Source: Octopus vulgaris (lineage: Eukaryota). From it: a stretch of DNA of 64,000 nucleotides. The DNA lies in the NCBI GenBank assembly GCA_951406725.2, contig OX597828.1, forward strand, positions 75,640,001 through 75,704,000. Direction: 5' to 3'. Numbering within the stretch: the stretch's first letter is position 1; each line of letters opens with the position of its first letter. Of the stretch, positions 24,850 through 39,212 are shown piece after piece. Made by a program: the position numbers and the translations under genes. The notes under the pieces are model-generated. The model did not search any database. It had not been told where the DNA came from and saw nothing but the letters and a program-made list of their open reading frames with translations.

Positions 24850-25510
24850 GACAGATCGAAAAAAAACACACTATATAATGCTGTCTTTTATGAAGAAACT
24901 CTAAAAACAACTATCGTTGTGAAAGCCTTACATAAAATTATAAATCTTAAATTCGAAGTTTTATTATAAAGTGCCTTTTAATGTCAAATCACTGAATACT
25001 TAAACAGTGACACATTCCTCAACAAGGATAAAGCACATCATTTTTCAATTCAGTTTCGTTCGTGGGGAATAACTCGGCAAAAATGGCTTGTCAAAAAAAA
25101 AAAAAAGAAAAGAAAAGAGAAAGCTGTGTACATTGTTCTTCATCAAAATTATGATTTAGCTGATATCCTTTTCAATGGTAAGAGAAAAGAACTGTTATTG
25201 CTTCTACTATCCACAAAAGGGAAATTTACTTGTTCCAAGAGTAAATGTCCAACCAAGGGATCATGCTGTACTATTCCAAATAGAAAGGCGACAATTTCCA
25301 ATCAAACCACCCTTTGGTCTTACAATTCACAAACCTCAAGTCCAAACACTTTTCAATCACGGAATCTTCATACAGAACATTGAATGCGTCTCTCATGGTT
25401 GCCTTTCTGTAGCAACTGAAGATTTAGAATTATGGCAACACAAAGCATGAACATGGGGATTCTTCCAGAGACTGGTCGAATGTGGAGAAATACACTAAGG
25501 TATATGTTAT
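24850..25510 (+). pseudogene. Helitron RepHel PIF1-type helicase C-terminal relic
   Basis: LVPRVNVQP...FQIERRQFPIKPPFGLTIHKPQVQTL...SHGCLSVA matches the PIF1 motifs IPRI...F.RRQFP..AFAMTINKSQGQTL...SHGQLYVA; frameshifts and stops upstream. Confidence 0.8.
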
Positions 25511-26335
25511 CTGTTTCAATGGATTACAACAGCATTAGTTTCTATTTAAGAAATTCATTACTCACATTAAATAATATTTACATCAAGGTTGTCGTTGGGA
25601 AAAAAAAAGTTATATTTCTCTGTAAATATTGCCGTGCTACAAATATTGAATCTAATAACAAGAAGCACCTGAAAACCTTTCCTCAGTTGGTAGACACCAA
25701 CATGCAACAGTGACAGCTGGGCATCGACTGTAAGAATAGGTGCAGGCTGAGAGGTTATTACGAATCTCATGCCACTACTCTCTCTCTCTCTCTCTCTCTC
25801 TCAGTCCCTACGTGTGCGTATGTACACGTAAAATGTATTATGTATATATATTTTATATGATACGATATAACCTTGCTTATATTTGTATACATATATATAA
25901 AGCTCTTTCTCATACGCACACAAACATACACACACACACATATATATATATACATATGCGCATACAAACAAGCGCATACAAACAAGCGCGCACACACATA
26001 CACATACACACAAAGAAAGAGAAGGAGGGAAGCTGGTAATAAAAGACATGCTCCATAGAATAGCTAAGTGAATGAATGTTGTCCTATGTAAATGTCATTT
26101 GCCATGTCTCTAGCTGTCCGTCATCTCGTGGTAACGCAAACTGTTTTTATTGCCACTTACATCGAACCACTACCACATATGACATTCAGGGAGATGGCGG
26201 AATTGTTCCAATATCGATTACTATTGATTGCTTATGGAGAAAAAAGCTATGATGATTTGCAACTAACTGGTCGATATCAGAGCTGGGATTTGAAAAAAAA
26301 GAGAGGAAGAAAAATTGGAAACAAAATGATAATCT

Positions 26336-26370
26336 CTCTATATCTATATATTGATATCTGTCTATGTATG

Positions 26371-26413
<43 letters not shown>

Positions 26414-26434
26414 ATATCTATCTATCTATATATG

Positions 26435-26481
<47 letters not shown>

Positions 26482-26486
26482 ATATG

Positions 26487-26517
<31 letters not shown>

Positions 26518-26591
26518 ATATGTATCTATCTATCTATCTATCTATATATGTATCTATCTATCTATCTATCTATCTATATATCTATCTATCT
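26336..26591. repeat. (TATC)n microsatellite
   Basis: Direct inspection. Confidence 0.95.
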
Positions 26592-29245
26592 AAGCCAAAT
26601 TAAATATATTTGAACATAGGAAGTTATACAGCGTGTGTGCGTGCATATCTATATGCAGGCATGCATAGATACATGTAACACACACAAATACGTGTGTGTT
26701 CAGGCGTGTGCATGCATATGTCTGCGTGTGTGCGCGTGCGCCGAATAAGCGTATATGAAGACATGTAAGACTATCGTAATTATTATAGGTTGAAGCAACC
26801 GACAATTTCGTGAAGGTTTCTTAGTTTGTAATTGCATCGATTCTTAGAGATTCCATTCGTAAGTCTTGACACCATTGTCTTAAATTAACAGCAAAGACTG
26901 ATAAGTCCACGACAATTAAGCTGTGGTAGCTGTGGAAAATTAACAAGTGGGTTCAAATTATACCCGTATCTAAAACAACATTCTTTTTTTCCTGTGTTTT
27001 TCCGCCTTTTTACACCATTCTTGGTCAACAACTTCTTGGTATACATGGTTGAGTATTTGAGTATCCTGCAGTCACGTATGCCCTTTGAGATAATTTCTAC
27101 AAATTATGTGATGCTATTTGTGATGAGACTGATCCTATTAGATTCAGTCAGTCTGGAAGAGTTCTTCTATTTCTCTTACCAAGTTCTTCCACATATTATG
27201 GATGGTCAAGAGATTGTTGTAGAAGACATCTCCTGAACGTGCCTTGCATTGTGCTCAAAACTGTACCCATGTGATTGCGAGGCGAATTTTGTAAGGATTC
27301 TCCGCAGTAGTTCAAGGTGCTAGAAATAGTAGCCAAATATCTCTGAAACCACACCCTGCTGTTTTATAAAACGGAAGGAATATATGAAAAATAGCAAGGC
27401 ACTGTCGGTTGGAAGTTTTGACCATAGGTTTGCAAGACCTAGCTTCAGCTGAACTACAACAGCTTTTTCCCCAGAATTCTTATTCTTGGGACAATATGGG
27501 GTGTTACGATGCAAGTTTGCGTACAAATTATCAAATGTTTAGGAAACAGAAATCTATTTCAGCCAGTCAGTTCAGGTCGACCGAGCGAATTGGCGCTGCA
27601 GTAGTTCATACTTATTCACCAATCATTAATCAATCTCAGTGTGCATGGTTAAAAAAATCGAAACAACTTCATGAACATTATCATGCAACTCTGATTGCTT
27701 TAAAAATTCCAGCTAATTATGAAGTCGATCATCGCAACTCAGCAACATTTTCCCAATGTGTGCGCGCGAGCAATTAAGAATTGCATTCATGTCCATAATA
27801 CCAACCGTGCCAATCACCATCGTCGTTACGTCAATTTTTCAATCGGTACAACTTTACTCTCCGAATCTGGCAGGTAGTGAGCTCACTCCACTCAGTCTCT
27901 TCCAGTTCACTCGTCTTTCATTCTTTTATGACCCCTCTTGTGTGCAGCCTACACATTAAGTACTCACCACCACACCCAGTTTTACGTCCCCAGATGTTTG
28001 GCTGTCTGAAATTCTTTCCTTGCATCTATATTTCCTTCAATCGTTGACTCGAAACAGCTTAAAAACAACATGAATGGTTTCAATGTCACCGAACTCAGAA
28101 AACCTGTGTCAGCCATGGCTATTGTCCCGTCTTTCCGACCGAATAGAATCAAATTCATTTCCAATTGCCTCATACTTTTCACTTTCCATCGACTATCATC
28201 CAACTCACGTTTACCACAGAAATGGCCTTCCTTCAAAATATTTGTCTTTGAAAATATTTATCCTTTGTTCTATCGTTCATCATTAATTTCATTCATTCAG
28301 CTTTTGCTCTTTTCTTTCTTTTATTTAGAAGTTTATTCTTCCTTTCCTCTATTTTCCTTCAATCGTTCATACATTGTATTTTGTTATCATTCATCGCACA
28401 CTTTCCCTCTACTAAATCCATTCATAATCTTAAGTTTTATTTTACTTTTCGCTTGTTAGCTTATCCCGTCTTGTCTATCAGTCCATTGTCTTCGAAGTTT
28501 CTTGATTGGCGAAGCTGTATTTACTTAAGTCCCTTCCATTCATAGTTGAAATCCCGTTGAGGTAGACTTTATCGTTCATGGATGTTCGATATCAGTCTAT
28601 TCGATTAAAGTGGACGTTACTTTCTGCCAAAATCGCTGGTATTATACCTAAGATATAAAATTATTTTTCTCCAATGTCAGTAGATAAGTCAGAATGATTT
28701 CTTATTTGTGTTTTATTCTTTAATTCCGCTGCTCTAGAATAATAGCTTGTGCACTTATGACCTTCATAGTCCAGTCAAGACCAATGGTATCTTCACCGTT
28801 AACACCTCACATTATATATCACAATTTATATTCATAACATCTCGTGCCGTATCTTATGGGTTTTTCAATTAGAGTTGAAATCACGAGAAGGTCGATTACT
28901 GCGTTCCTGCTGGGGTCAGCATGACCGGATACAACCAAACCAAAAATTATATGTAGTCTTCTACTTATGCTTCCATTCTTTTGGTTCATTTCGTCTATCA
29001 AAGTATCTAAAAAGTTTCTTTCTTCCTCGATTTCGTTCCGCCCTGAAGACTCTTTATATTTCAAGCATCTCTTTACTTATTTATTCTCTACGCCGCTGTG
29101 TCCGTTGTTGTTGTTGTTTCTGCTATTTTTGGCTTCATCTACCAAACGCCCCCTTTTTTTATTCCGTACGTTATTTCATCATCTATCATTGATTAATTCT
29201 TTGTTTTTTATGCGTCCGCTCTTTCTTGCATGGTTGTCTGCTTGT

Positions 29246-29296
<51 letters not shown>

Positions 29297-29716
29297 AAGA
29301 GAGTGGGGGAAAGAGAAAATGAGAAAAAGAACTAAAAAAAATCAAAGAAGCAGACGATCACACCTGCCAGATGATTATGGCGGAAAAGACGAAAGTAAAA
29401 CTCAAGAAATTTTTACTGATTAACAACAGTTCCGTTTTTAGGAAAATTATCTTCAGCACCAGTAATGATTAGATTAGACTAACCTTCTTGTGAAAATGAA
29501 TAGATTTTTCTAATTTGGATCTAATGGACTAACGGTGCTGCTAACGTAGGTTTTCTTTCCAAGCTATTAATCTAATGAATTTATATTTTATTTTTCTATC
29601 ACTATCTGACGACATTTTTTTATTCTACATGTATATGCTTTTTTTTTTATTCCTTTCACATATTTATAAGTGGCAGCCTGATGCCATTGATCTCGTCCGA
29701 GTATAGCAAGTCACAA

Positions 29717-29770
<54 letters not shown>

Positions 29771-29979
29771 GCGGATGTACGTGTGGCTGAGTAGAAACTT
29801 AAGACAAAAAACAAAAAAATACACGGTCACCGTACACACGATTGTATTTATAGATGCGTATATCTAACGACATCGTATCACACATACACACGTATATTTG
29901 TGTATATGCATGCGTATACATAAATATGTGTGTGTATGCATATATATATATATATATATGTATGTGTAAGTATGCATGC

Positions 29980-30015
<36 letters not shown>

Positions 30016-30566
30016 GGTTATACTATGTTCCTAGTATAACAACACATATACATGTACATACATAAGGCCACTCATATATATATATATATATATATACACC
30101 TATGGGAAGACATGTTAATATAAAACATAAAATTACAGGTTCCAACGTTGTATACACCACTTAAGTGGTTGCACACATTTCGATATCACTATAAATAACT
30201 CACACATACACACACCCTCATACAAGCATATGTATATATATATTTGTGTGTGTGTGTATGTGTGTGTATGTGTGTATGTGTGTGTGTGTATGTGTGTGTG
30301 TATGTGAGTGTGTGTGTGTATATATACGCGTCTGCTTGCTTGTATATATATATATATGTGTGTATGTGTGTGCGTATTTATGTGTATAATTATAAATATG
30401 AATACATATGTATATAGACAATATATACATACACACACGCGCACACATAAATTCATTGAACAGGAACCTCAGAGTACCTTGCAAACTCGATAAGTGTTTC
30501 TATATGCTATGTGTCTGTGTGTCTGCGAGCTGTGTGAGAGTGTGTGCGCATGTGTATGTGTATATA

Positions 30567-30712
<146 letters not shown>

Positions 30713-32018
30713 TAAACATATGTGTGTGCGTGTGTGTGCAATGAAATGTCCTTGAAAGATAATTCCTACTGATGTTCTTCTTTTTTATCATTTTATGTTT
30801 CCATTATTAGGGTGGTGTTGTTCTCTGCAATGTAACTGTTGTAAATGACTTTGATAGAGAACAGAGTTCTTTTGTCCAACAACAGTGATATGAAACGTGC
30901 GATGATTGCTGATCGATGATCGGTGATTGGTGATCGATGCTAGATAATTGATTGGTTCCAACCAAAGCACACGTTGCCGTTCACTTAGCAGCAGTAACAG
31001 CATCTCGCAGGAATTTCATGATGTAAAAAAGGGAGGAAAATAAAACACACACACACCAGTATATACATACGGAAACACACACACATACAGACTCACACGA
31101 GGATACCAACACGGTAGCACACACACATGATCCTACACGCACACAAGCATACATTGACGGACACACAGTGACAAATGCACACAAACGCCTACATCAAAAA
31201 CAACCCTAGTGGCTGAATGTGGAACACATATTTTGGTGTGGAATATTTTAGTGTTTTGGCCTCTAAAGATTGGGCTGAGTAAATATCGAAGCGTATTAAT
31301 GCACAACTTGTCGACATGTCATTATAGTTGGTGCTGAACTGTTGTTTGTCAGTAGACCTATAATCAATGTAGATCCATCTTTGACCATCCCACCTTTTTT
31401 GTATATCAGGAAGCACGTTGTGTGACTTTTTCAAAAAAAGAAAAAAACAATTGTATGACTTAATTTCAGGAAGAATTAGCTACCATTTCTAGCAGATGGA
31501 AGTGAAGGAGAGGATAAGATGGTGATGAATGTAACAGAAGAATAGGGAAAAAGTGATGTGATGATGATGATGGTGAAAGTGGAGTGAGGGAACGGGTTAG
31601 GGTTGGAGAAAGGGGAGGAGGAAAAGGAAAAAAGAAAGAAGAATCGTAAATGTGTCTCCAAATCGATGACACACACGCGCACGCACACATCTCGACGCGG
31701 CCGCGGTGGAGTGGTATGGAAGATCGTATTGCAAGCCAATTTTCTACAAGCTCTTTTTTGTAGCGAAGTCATGTGAAGGCAAGAAGTGGAGTTATGGAAA
31801 CTGTGTGGGTGGCTGTTGGATGGAATACAATCTACCCTGAATTCAAAGGTCCAGACTTGACATACACTGATTCAGACTAAGAAATGGTTGACAACGGACC
31901 TGTGTGGAATATTCACCCGTTTAGATGCGAAGGGAATGAGTTGGCGTTTCGGTTCATGAAAGCTATGGTTACGCTTCTCTAAAATCGACCGAGGGCCAAT
32001 AAATACACACACACACAC

Positions 32019-32065
<47 letters not shown>

Positions 32066-32399
32066 CACTTACATACATACATACATACATAAGCAGAAAA
32101 TAGATACTCAATGCTTCACCGAACATACACACGTTTCAGAAACATGCTGTAATAATTACATAACAGTTGTAGAAACATTATGCATTCTTGTACTACACCC
32201 CATCAGCGCCCCGCAGTAATTACAATGCTAAATGCTCCAAATATATTCGATCTTCTCGTTATGTAAATTATCAACTAACTTGCATGTCACACGATACATA
32301 CACACAACGCAATGTAAAGAACTTAAATAAATGCCAATATTGTGAAGCCCCGCTGTGCGTTAAATAAGAATTTAAATATATTCGTTCTATACTTTTCTA

Positions 32400-32616
32400 T
32401 TATTCTTTTATTCTATTATTTGTTTCAGTCATTTGACTGCGGCCATGCTGGAGCACCGCCTTTAGTCGAACAAATCGACTCGCCCCAGGCCTTATTCCTT
32501 GTAAGCCCAGTACTTATATCAGTCTCTTTTGCTGAAGCGCTAAGTTACGGGGACGCAAACACACCACCTTCTGTTGTCAATCGATGGTGGGCAGATAAAT
32601 ACACATATACAAACAT

Positions 32617-32698
<82 letters not shown>

Positions 32699-32859
32699 GC
32701 ACCGGGTTTCTTTCAGTTTCCGTCTCCCAAATCCACTCACAACGCTTTGGTCGGCCCGAGGCTATAGTAGACACTTGTCCAAGGTGCCACACAGTGGGAC
32801 TGAACCCAGAGCCATGTTGTTGGTAAGCAAGCTATTTACCACACAGCCACTCCAGCGCT
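32400..32859 (-). mobile_element. SINE family A, full length and well preserved
   Basis: Minus strand: A-box tggctgtgtgg, B-box ggttcagtccc, body, internal (TA)/(TATG), tail ggcggtgctccagcatggccgcagtcaaatgactgaaac + A-rich end. Confidence 0.92.
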
Positions 32860-34330
32860 TATACTATTGATACAGTCTAGTAATTTCGTACTAGACTGTT
32901 TCATGTTTTATTGTTCGCTCCTCTTGGCACACATACCCGGTTTCCTTTCGCAAAATGTAGTGTAGATCAGTCGCTTATAGACCTTGTAACAGAGAAAGAG
33001 AGAGAGAGGGAGAGAGAGAGAGAATGAGTGAGAGTAAAAGACACTGTTGATATAAGAATTGCGGGATGTGTTCACGGCAGGCAATGAGTAAATGAACGCT
33101 GGACAGATACCACGAGAAAGAATCACCGAGACAAAGAGAAGGAATATATATATAAGTATATACAGCGAGTGAGTGATTGAGCGAGGGGGCGTGGGAGGAC
33201 TTGTATAATATAATTTCAACACGGAGAGCAATTTGCTTTTTCCTAAGAATTTTGAATATTACATATCTAATTATACGTTAAAGTAATAAATATTTTTGTT
33301 TTGAAAATTAGTATTCATTTCGAAATTTTGTATTAGCAGAAAAAATTTGGAAAAAATTAAATTATAATTATTGTGTACATCCCGTATTTTCTGATAATAC
33401 TTAAAATGGCAAAAATATACTTCCAAAGTTATTTGCCATATGGCAGGTAACATTAATAAACATATAAGCACAGGTGTATACGTGTATGAACGTGTATTGA
33501 CAGACAAGGACTCATACGGATACACGCATGTATCCAACCTGATACATATAAGATGTGATGTCATATATATATCATGACACGTGATACATATATATAGAGG
33601 GGAGAGATTAAGGAAAAGTTACATCCGTCAGGATCCATATCTTTATCTTCCTACCACTTCACCAAAACTACAACCTCTACCATCAGCATCTGACATCATC
33701 ATCATCATCTGCATTGTCTACAGAATTCTATGTCGCTTGATGCTATAGAATACAGTTTCTAGAGTTTCTGTTACAATAGAAACCGTAACATTGACATAGT
33801 TAGAAAGGATCTTCTGCCAATATTTTAATCATTGGAATGGGTTGGATTAGCGGAAGCTTAGAGGAATGGCGGATTTCTGGATGAGGAAAACGGAGGAACG
33901 AGGTGAAGACGGATAAAGTGGTATAGAAGGACAAGGATGAGGAGAATGAAAAGGAAGAGGAGTAATTTATTTACAGCAATATTCACGACGCAACATCTCC
34001 AAGGTTAAAGTGAATGAATTTACTCCAAAATCAATAAGAAGAAACTAAAGCACCTACATAACCCTTCCACTGTAATCCATAAAAATGTTTTATCAACAGA
34101 GATATTACTTATGGATAAATTATTTCCTGAAATAAACCATCATATATCATATCCATATGAATTTGACCGGCTTCCTAAAAACGGAAAGGAAAAAAACACC
34201 TCTTTCTCTTAAAGTGTGAAGATCGTCGACACAAGATTAAACGACTAGACAATGTGGGGCTTTGAATGGCCTAACATTCTGCAGTAAGTTTAATCTTCAA
34301 ATGTGTGGAACTTTTCAGCGCAGCCTCTAA

Positions 34331-34546
34331 GAGAAGGTGCTGAAAAGTTTCTAGCTTTAAGGATATCACAAAAATCCTGGTTGGTGGCCCAACTTCCCGA
34401 GCCCCTTTTACAGGGCTCTGAAAAGCTGACGGCCCGCTGCAGTAAGCATGTGAATCCGAGAGAGGGAGTATGTTGAATAACACCATAATTAACTAATCCT
34501 TCTCTATTTTGTTTTACCCACAACCAGAAACTTTCCAACGCCCTAT
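34331..34546 (+). mobile_element. Mariner-derived MITE
   Basis: Imperfect TIRs gaaggtgctgaaaagtttct / agaaactttccaacgccc; internal GSEKLTARCSKHV...EYVE* resembles the mariner C-terminus GI.KL..RW.KC....G.YVE*; another right TIR abuts at 34307-34329. Confidence 0.65.
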
Positions 34547-34595
34547 CCTATAAATCTTAGATGCAGTACTATATGCACGTGACACTTACTCGTCC

Positions 34596-34630
<35 letters not shown>

Positions 34631-34819
34631 ACTCCTCCTGTGCGTATGCATACGGACACATTCAGACATATCTAAATAAGTAATAAATGTAACTGCGTAT
34701 ATATTTATGAGTATACGCATAACTATACACACACATATACATACACACGCACACACAGAGCAAAATGTTTTGTATTCATACAAATATATGTGTGTGTGTG
34801 CATAAATACATGTACATAT

Positions 34820-34863
<44 letters not shown>

Positions 34864-35259
34864 AAACACACACAGACATATCTGTTTGTCCGTTGGTTTA
34901 TATGTTCTCGTTTGTACTTCTATATGTGCGTGCGCGTGTACGTTCACGGCATTTGGTCAAATAGGTTTATCTGGAAATGAAAAACTGGCTCAAGATTTTC
35001 CAGCTAATAATTTGTCTTTAGCACACACAATAGCCAAATATTTATTCCCGATAAGAAGTTGCACATACTCTTGAAGTCTCTCGGCGCTCGCGCGCGCACA
35101 CCGTTTTCTGTTCGACCGAACACATACAGACATTACTCCCTCCCTCATACTCTTCAGAACTTTGGTCAATCTTATTGATTACATCGACCTGCCAGACAAC
35201 TATCTAGACTGTATGGTTTAAGGCTTTAGAACATGTTTCTAAGTATGAGAGTGCGTATG

Positions 35260-35310
<51 letters not shown>

Positions 35311-35582
35311 ATGCGTGTGTGAGAGAGAGTGTACTTGCTTGTGTGAATCTGTATTCATACAATATGCACAGAGACGAGAAAGAAACATGAATATATAAAT
35401 ACTTGCATACATACATATATATACATATATATATATATACCTACAAATATATACATATATATTTACATACACGCACATACGCACACACACACATACACAC
35501 ATACACACATACACACACACACATATATATATATACTCACAGGCATGCACAAATATATATATACACATACATGCACAAATAC

Positions 35583-35613
<31 letters not shown>

Positions 35614-35618
35614 CTCGC

Positions 35619-35656
<38 letters not shown>

Positions 35657-36911
35657 GCACAATTATATATGTATATATGTACACATACACGGACTAGTAT
35701 ACATGTATATATATGTATATGTACAAATTCGTGCATATATCATGCATATCTGTTCCACATATTCCATGGTATATGTAGACATATATGTGTGTGTGTTTGT
35801 GAGTATGTATATGTATTTGTATGTGTATGTATGAAAAACCACCTGCATAATAACGTGTCACAATGTGCGCATATGCACCCCCACGTATTCTGCAGCAGAA
35901 GAACCACAAATGTATGTCAACAGGAGGAAACAGTGCCAATAAACGAAAGTAAATACTAGAAAATAAAAAAAAAAAAGGAAAAATGAGAAAGAATCTATTC
36001 GAACGGCAGCAAAACCAAAAATTATAGAGCAACAAAGACAGAGTGAAAGAACAGGTGCAACACTAACATTAATACTGCTGTGAACAACAGGAAAAATAAT
36101 ATTAGCAAATATATATCTTTGACAATAGCAACGGATTTCAGAGCGCACGTTTGACAAAGGAATAAAAAAGATTAAAAAAGAGAAAATACAGGTTAGCAAA
36201 CACATATCAAATCTCGGCCAATAAAGCGTTTGGTTAAGTTGTTTATCTAATGATTGTTTCCACCATTGCTTCTTTCTGTTTGAACTGACTCAGGAAATAA
36301 AAGGTATTGTTTCATATCGTCTCAGGTAAAATGACCTTTGTGGGTGACTCTGAAGTTGCCAAATAAAGATGGATGACTGTACAAGGGGCAAACGGGACTG
36401 TGCATCTATGTGTGGTTTTGTTTGTCCTGGTCTTGTATTGGTGTACATATATACAATTTCACACACACACACACACACACGTAATATGTAGTAATATGCA
36501 AATACGTAAGTGTATATATTGAATATAAAGTATCGTACGTAAAGACGAGACGCAGAGAACAAAGGCTGCATCTGTTTTATGTTATTTACACTGAGAAAAA
36601 TGACAGTGAAACATTACGTAAATGCAGTCAATACGTGAGCACATGTCTTCACACACACACAAAGTACGTTTATATATAGGTATATAAAATAAACATACGT
36701 ATATCGCTGTCATCTTCTTATTTCAGTCCTTAGACTGTGTCCATGCTGGGGCACCGCCTTGAAGAATTTTTAGTCGATAAATCGACACCAGGACATTTTT
36801 TAAAGTCTGGTACTTATTCTACCCGTCTCTTTTGCCCAACAGCAAACATACGAGAAAGTAAACATCCTAACACCGGTTGGCAAGCGGTGAGGTGGGGACA
36901 CAAAGACACAC

Positions 36912-36960
<49 letters not shown>

Positions 36961-36970
36961 CATTTGCAGT

Positions 36971-37090
36971 GTGGAAGGTGTTTGTAAGCCATTTAAGAAA
37001 CACACAAAAGCCGTTCGATTCAAACTTAAATGTTGAAGTGAATCGAACGGCTTTTGTGTGTTTCTTAAATGGCTTACAAACACCTTCCAC
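36971..37090. repeat. Perfect 52-bp inverted repeat with 16-nt spacer
   Basis: 36971-37022 is the exact reverse complement of 37039-37090. Confidence 0.97.
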
Positions 37091-37159
37091 GCTTCAGCTG
37101 CTTTCGTTTCAGCACATGATCTCAGATCAAATCTCTTGCTATGCAAGTACATCTCCGTA

Positions 37160-37223
37160 ATATATATATATATATATATATATACATACATATATATATA
37201 TATACATACATATATATAGATAT

Positions 37224-37281
<58 letters not shown>

Positions 37282-37384
37282 TATATATATATACAAACAT
37301 ATATATAGATATATACATACATATATATATAGATATATACATACATATATATATAGATATATACATACATATATATATAGATAT

Positions 37385-37417
<33 letters not shown>

Positions 37418-37500
37418 CAAACATATATATAGATATATACATACATATATATAGATATATACATACATATATATAGATATATACATACATATATATATAT

Positions 37501-37531
<31 letters not shown>

Positions 37532-37544
37532 CATACATATATAC

Positions 37545-37575
<31 letters not shown>

Positions 37576-37699
37576 CATACATATATACATATATATATGT
37601 ATATATATATATATATATATACATACATATATATACATATATATGTATATATATATATATATATATATACATACATATATATAGATATATACATACATA

Positions 37700-37731
<32 letters not shown>

Positions 37732-37893
37732 ATACATACATATAGATATATACATACATATATATATATATATATATACATACATATATATAGATATATA
37801 CATACATATATATATATATATATATACATACATATATATAGATATATACATACATATATATATATATATATATACATACATATATATAGATAT

Positions 37894-37948
<55 letters not shown>

Positions 37949-37963
37949 CATATATATAGATAT

Positions 37964-37994
<31 letters not shown>

Positions 37995-38013
37995 CATACA
38001 TATATATAGATAT

Positions 38014-38044
<31 letters not shown>

Positions 38045-38093
38045 CATACATATATATATATATATACATACATATATATATATATATATATAC

Positions 38094-38150
<57 letters not shown>
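37160..38150. repeat. Compound (TA)n array with higher-order atagatatatacatac unit
   Basis: Direct inspection. Confidence 0.95.
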
Positions 38151-38152
<2 letters not shown>

Positions 38153-38344
38153 AGACAGGCTTTCTTTCAGTTTCCGTCTACCAAATCCATTCACTCCAAT
38201 GCTGTAATTGAAGACACACAGTGGGACTGAACCCGGAACTATGTGTTTGGGAAGCAGACTTCTTACCACACATCCACGCCTGTACCTGACCACATTTATA
38301 TGTAAAAAGATAAAAATGCATATAATCAAATATATATACTCGTC

Positions 38345-38612
38345 CGTCGGTTGCAATGACAAGCGTTCCAGTTGATCCTTTCCCTGGAGCAGACTACTTG
38401 TAAAATTCACATGCACGTGGCTGAGTACTCCACAGTTACGCGCACCACTAGCCTAGTTCTCAAGGACGCTCAGAATGTGACATAACTGACATTTGAATTA
38501 AAGGCGCAATTCATTTTTTTTACCAGCTTAGTTAACTGAAACACAATGCGCTGCCAGGAATCGAACTCACTACGTTACGATCGCCAGCCGAAAACTGTTA
38601 CCACTAAGACAC
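38345..38612 (-). mobile_element. tRNA-derived SINE, further family (degenerate)
   Basis: Minus head cgtgtcttagtggtaacag...gtgagttcgattcctgg (A/B-box-like), followed by a non-tRNA body. Confidence 0.55.
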
Positions 38613-38803
38613 GAGACTTCTTTCCGCCCCCCCTCTCTCTCTCTACATACACACACTCATGTATTTTAATAATAATAACACTGTGGAAGTTCCTGAAGAA
38701 GGTCCAACGGAAATATATCCCGACTGCGGATGACACCAGACAGCCCAAACCGTACCAGTGCTCAATGCAACACTTCAACACACTAATCGACATATACCCA
38801 TCA

Positions 38804-38847
<44 letters not shown>

Positions 38848-39008
38848 TGGGTGTAGGGCTATTGTTGTCTTTTCCAAACTATTTACTGGTGATAGCAAAA
38901 TCAGAAAGACCTTAATCAGTCTGTGTGTTACATCTCTCTCCCTCTCTGTCTTACACGCCCACGTGTATGTGTGTACATATATATATATATATAAATATAC
39001 ACACACAC

Positions 39009-39043
<35 letters not shown>

Positions 39044-39174
39044 TACACACACAAACATATATGTGTGTGCCTTTCTAATGTATGTTGACATGTTCGTGCA
39101 AATACACAAACACAAGAAACATACGTCGTATGTATGCATGTGTGTGCATATGTATATATATATATTTATATGCA

Positions 39175-39212
<38 letters not shown>

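Larger units (their letters stand above)
36715..38283 (-). mobile_element. SINE family A split by an expanded internal microsatellite and a nested palindrome
   Basis: 3' half at 36715-36915 and 5' head at 38153-38283 in the same orientation and expected order. Confidence 0.75.

Noticed and set aside
25175-25450. Host PIF1 helicase exon
   Set aside because: Conserved motif residues are degenerate (KPQVQ for KSQGQ) and flanking frames are broken, consistent with a dead Helitron
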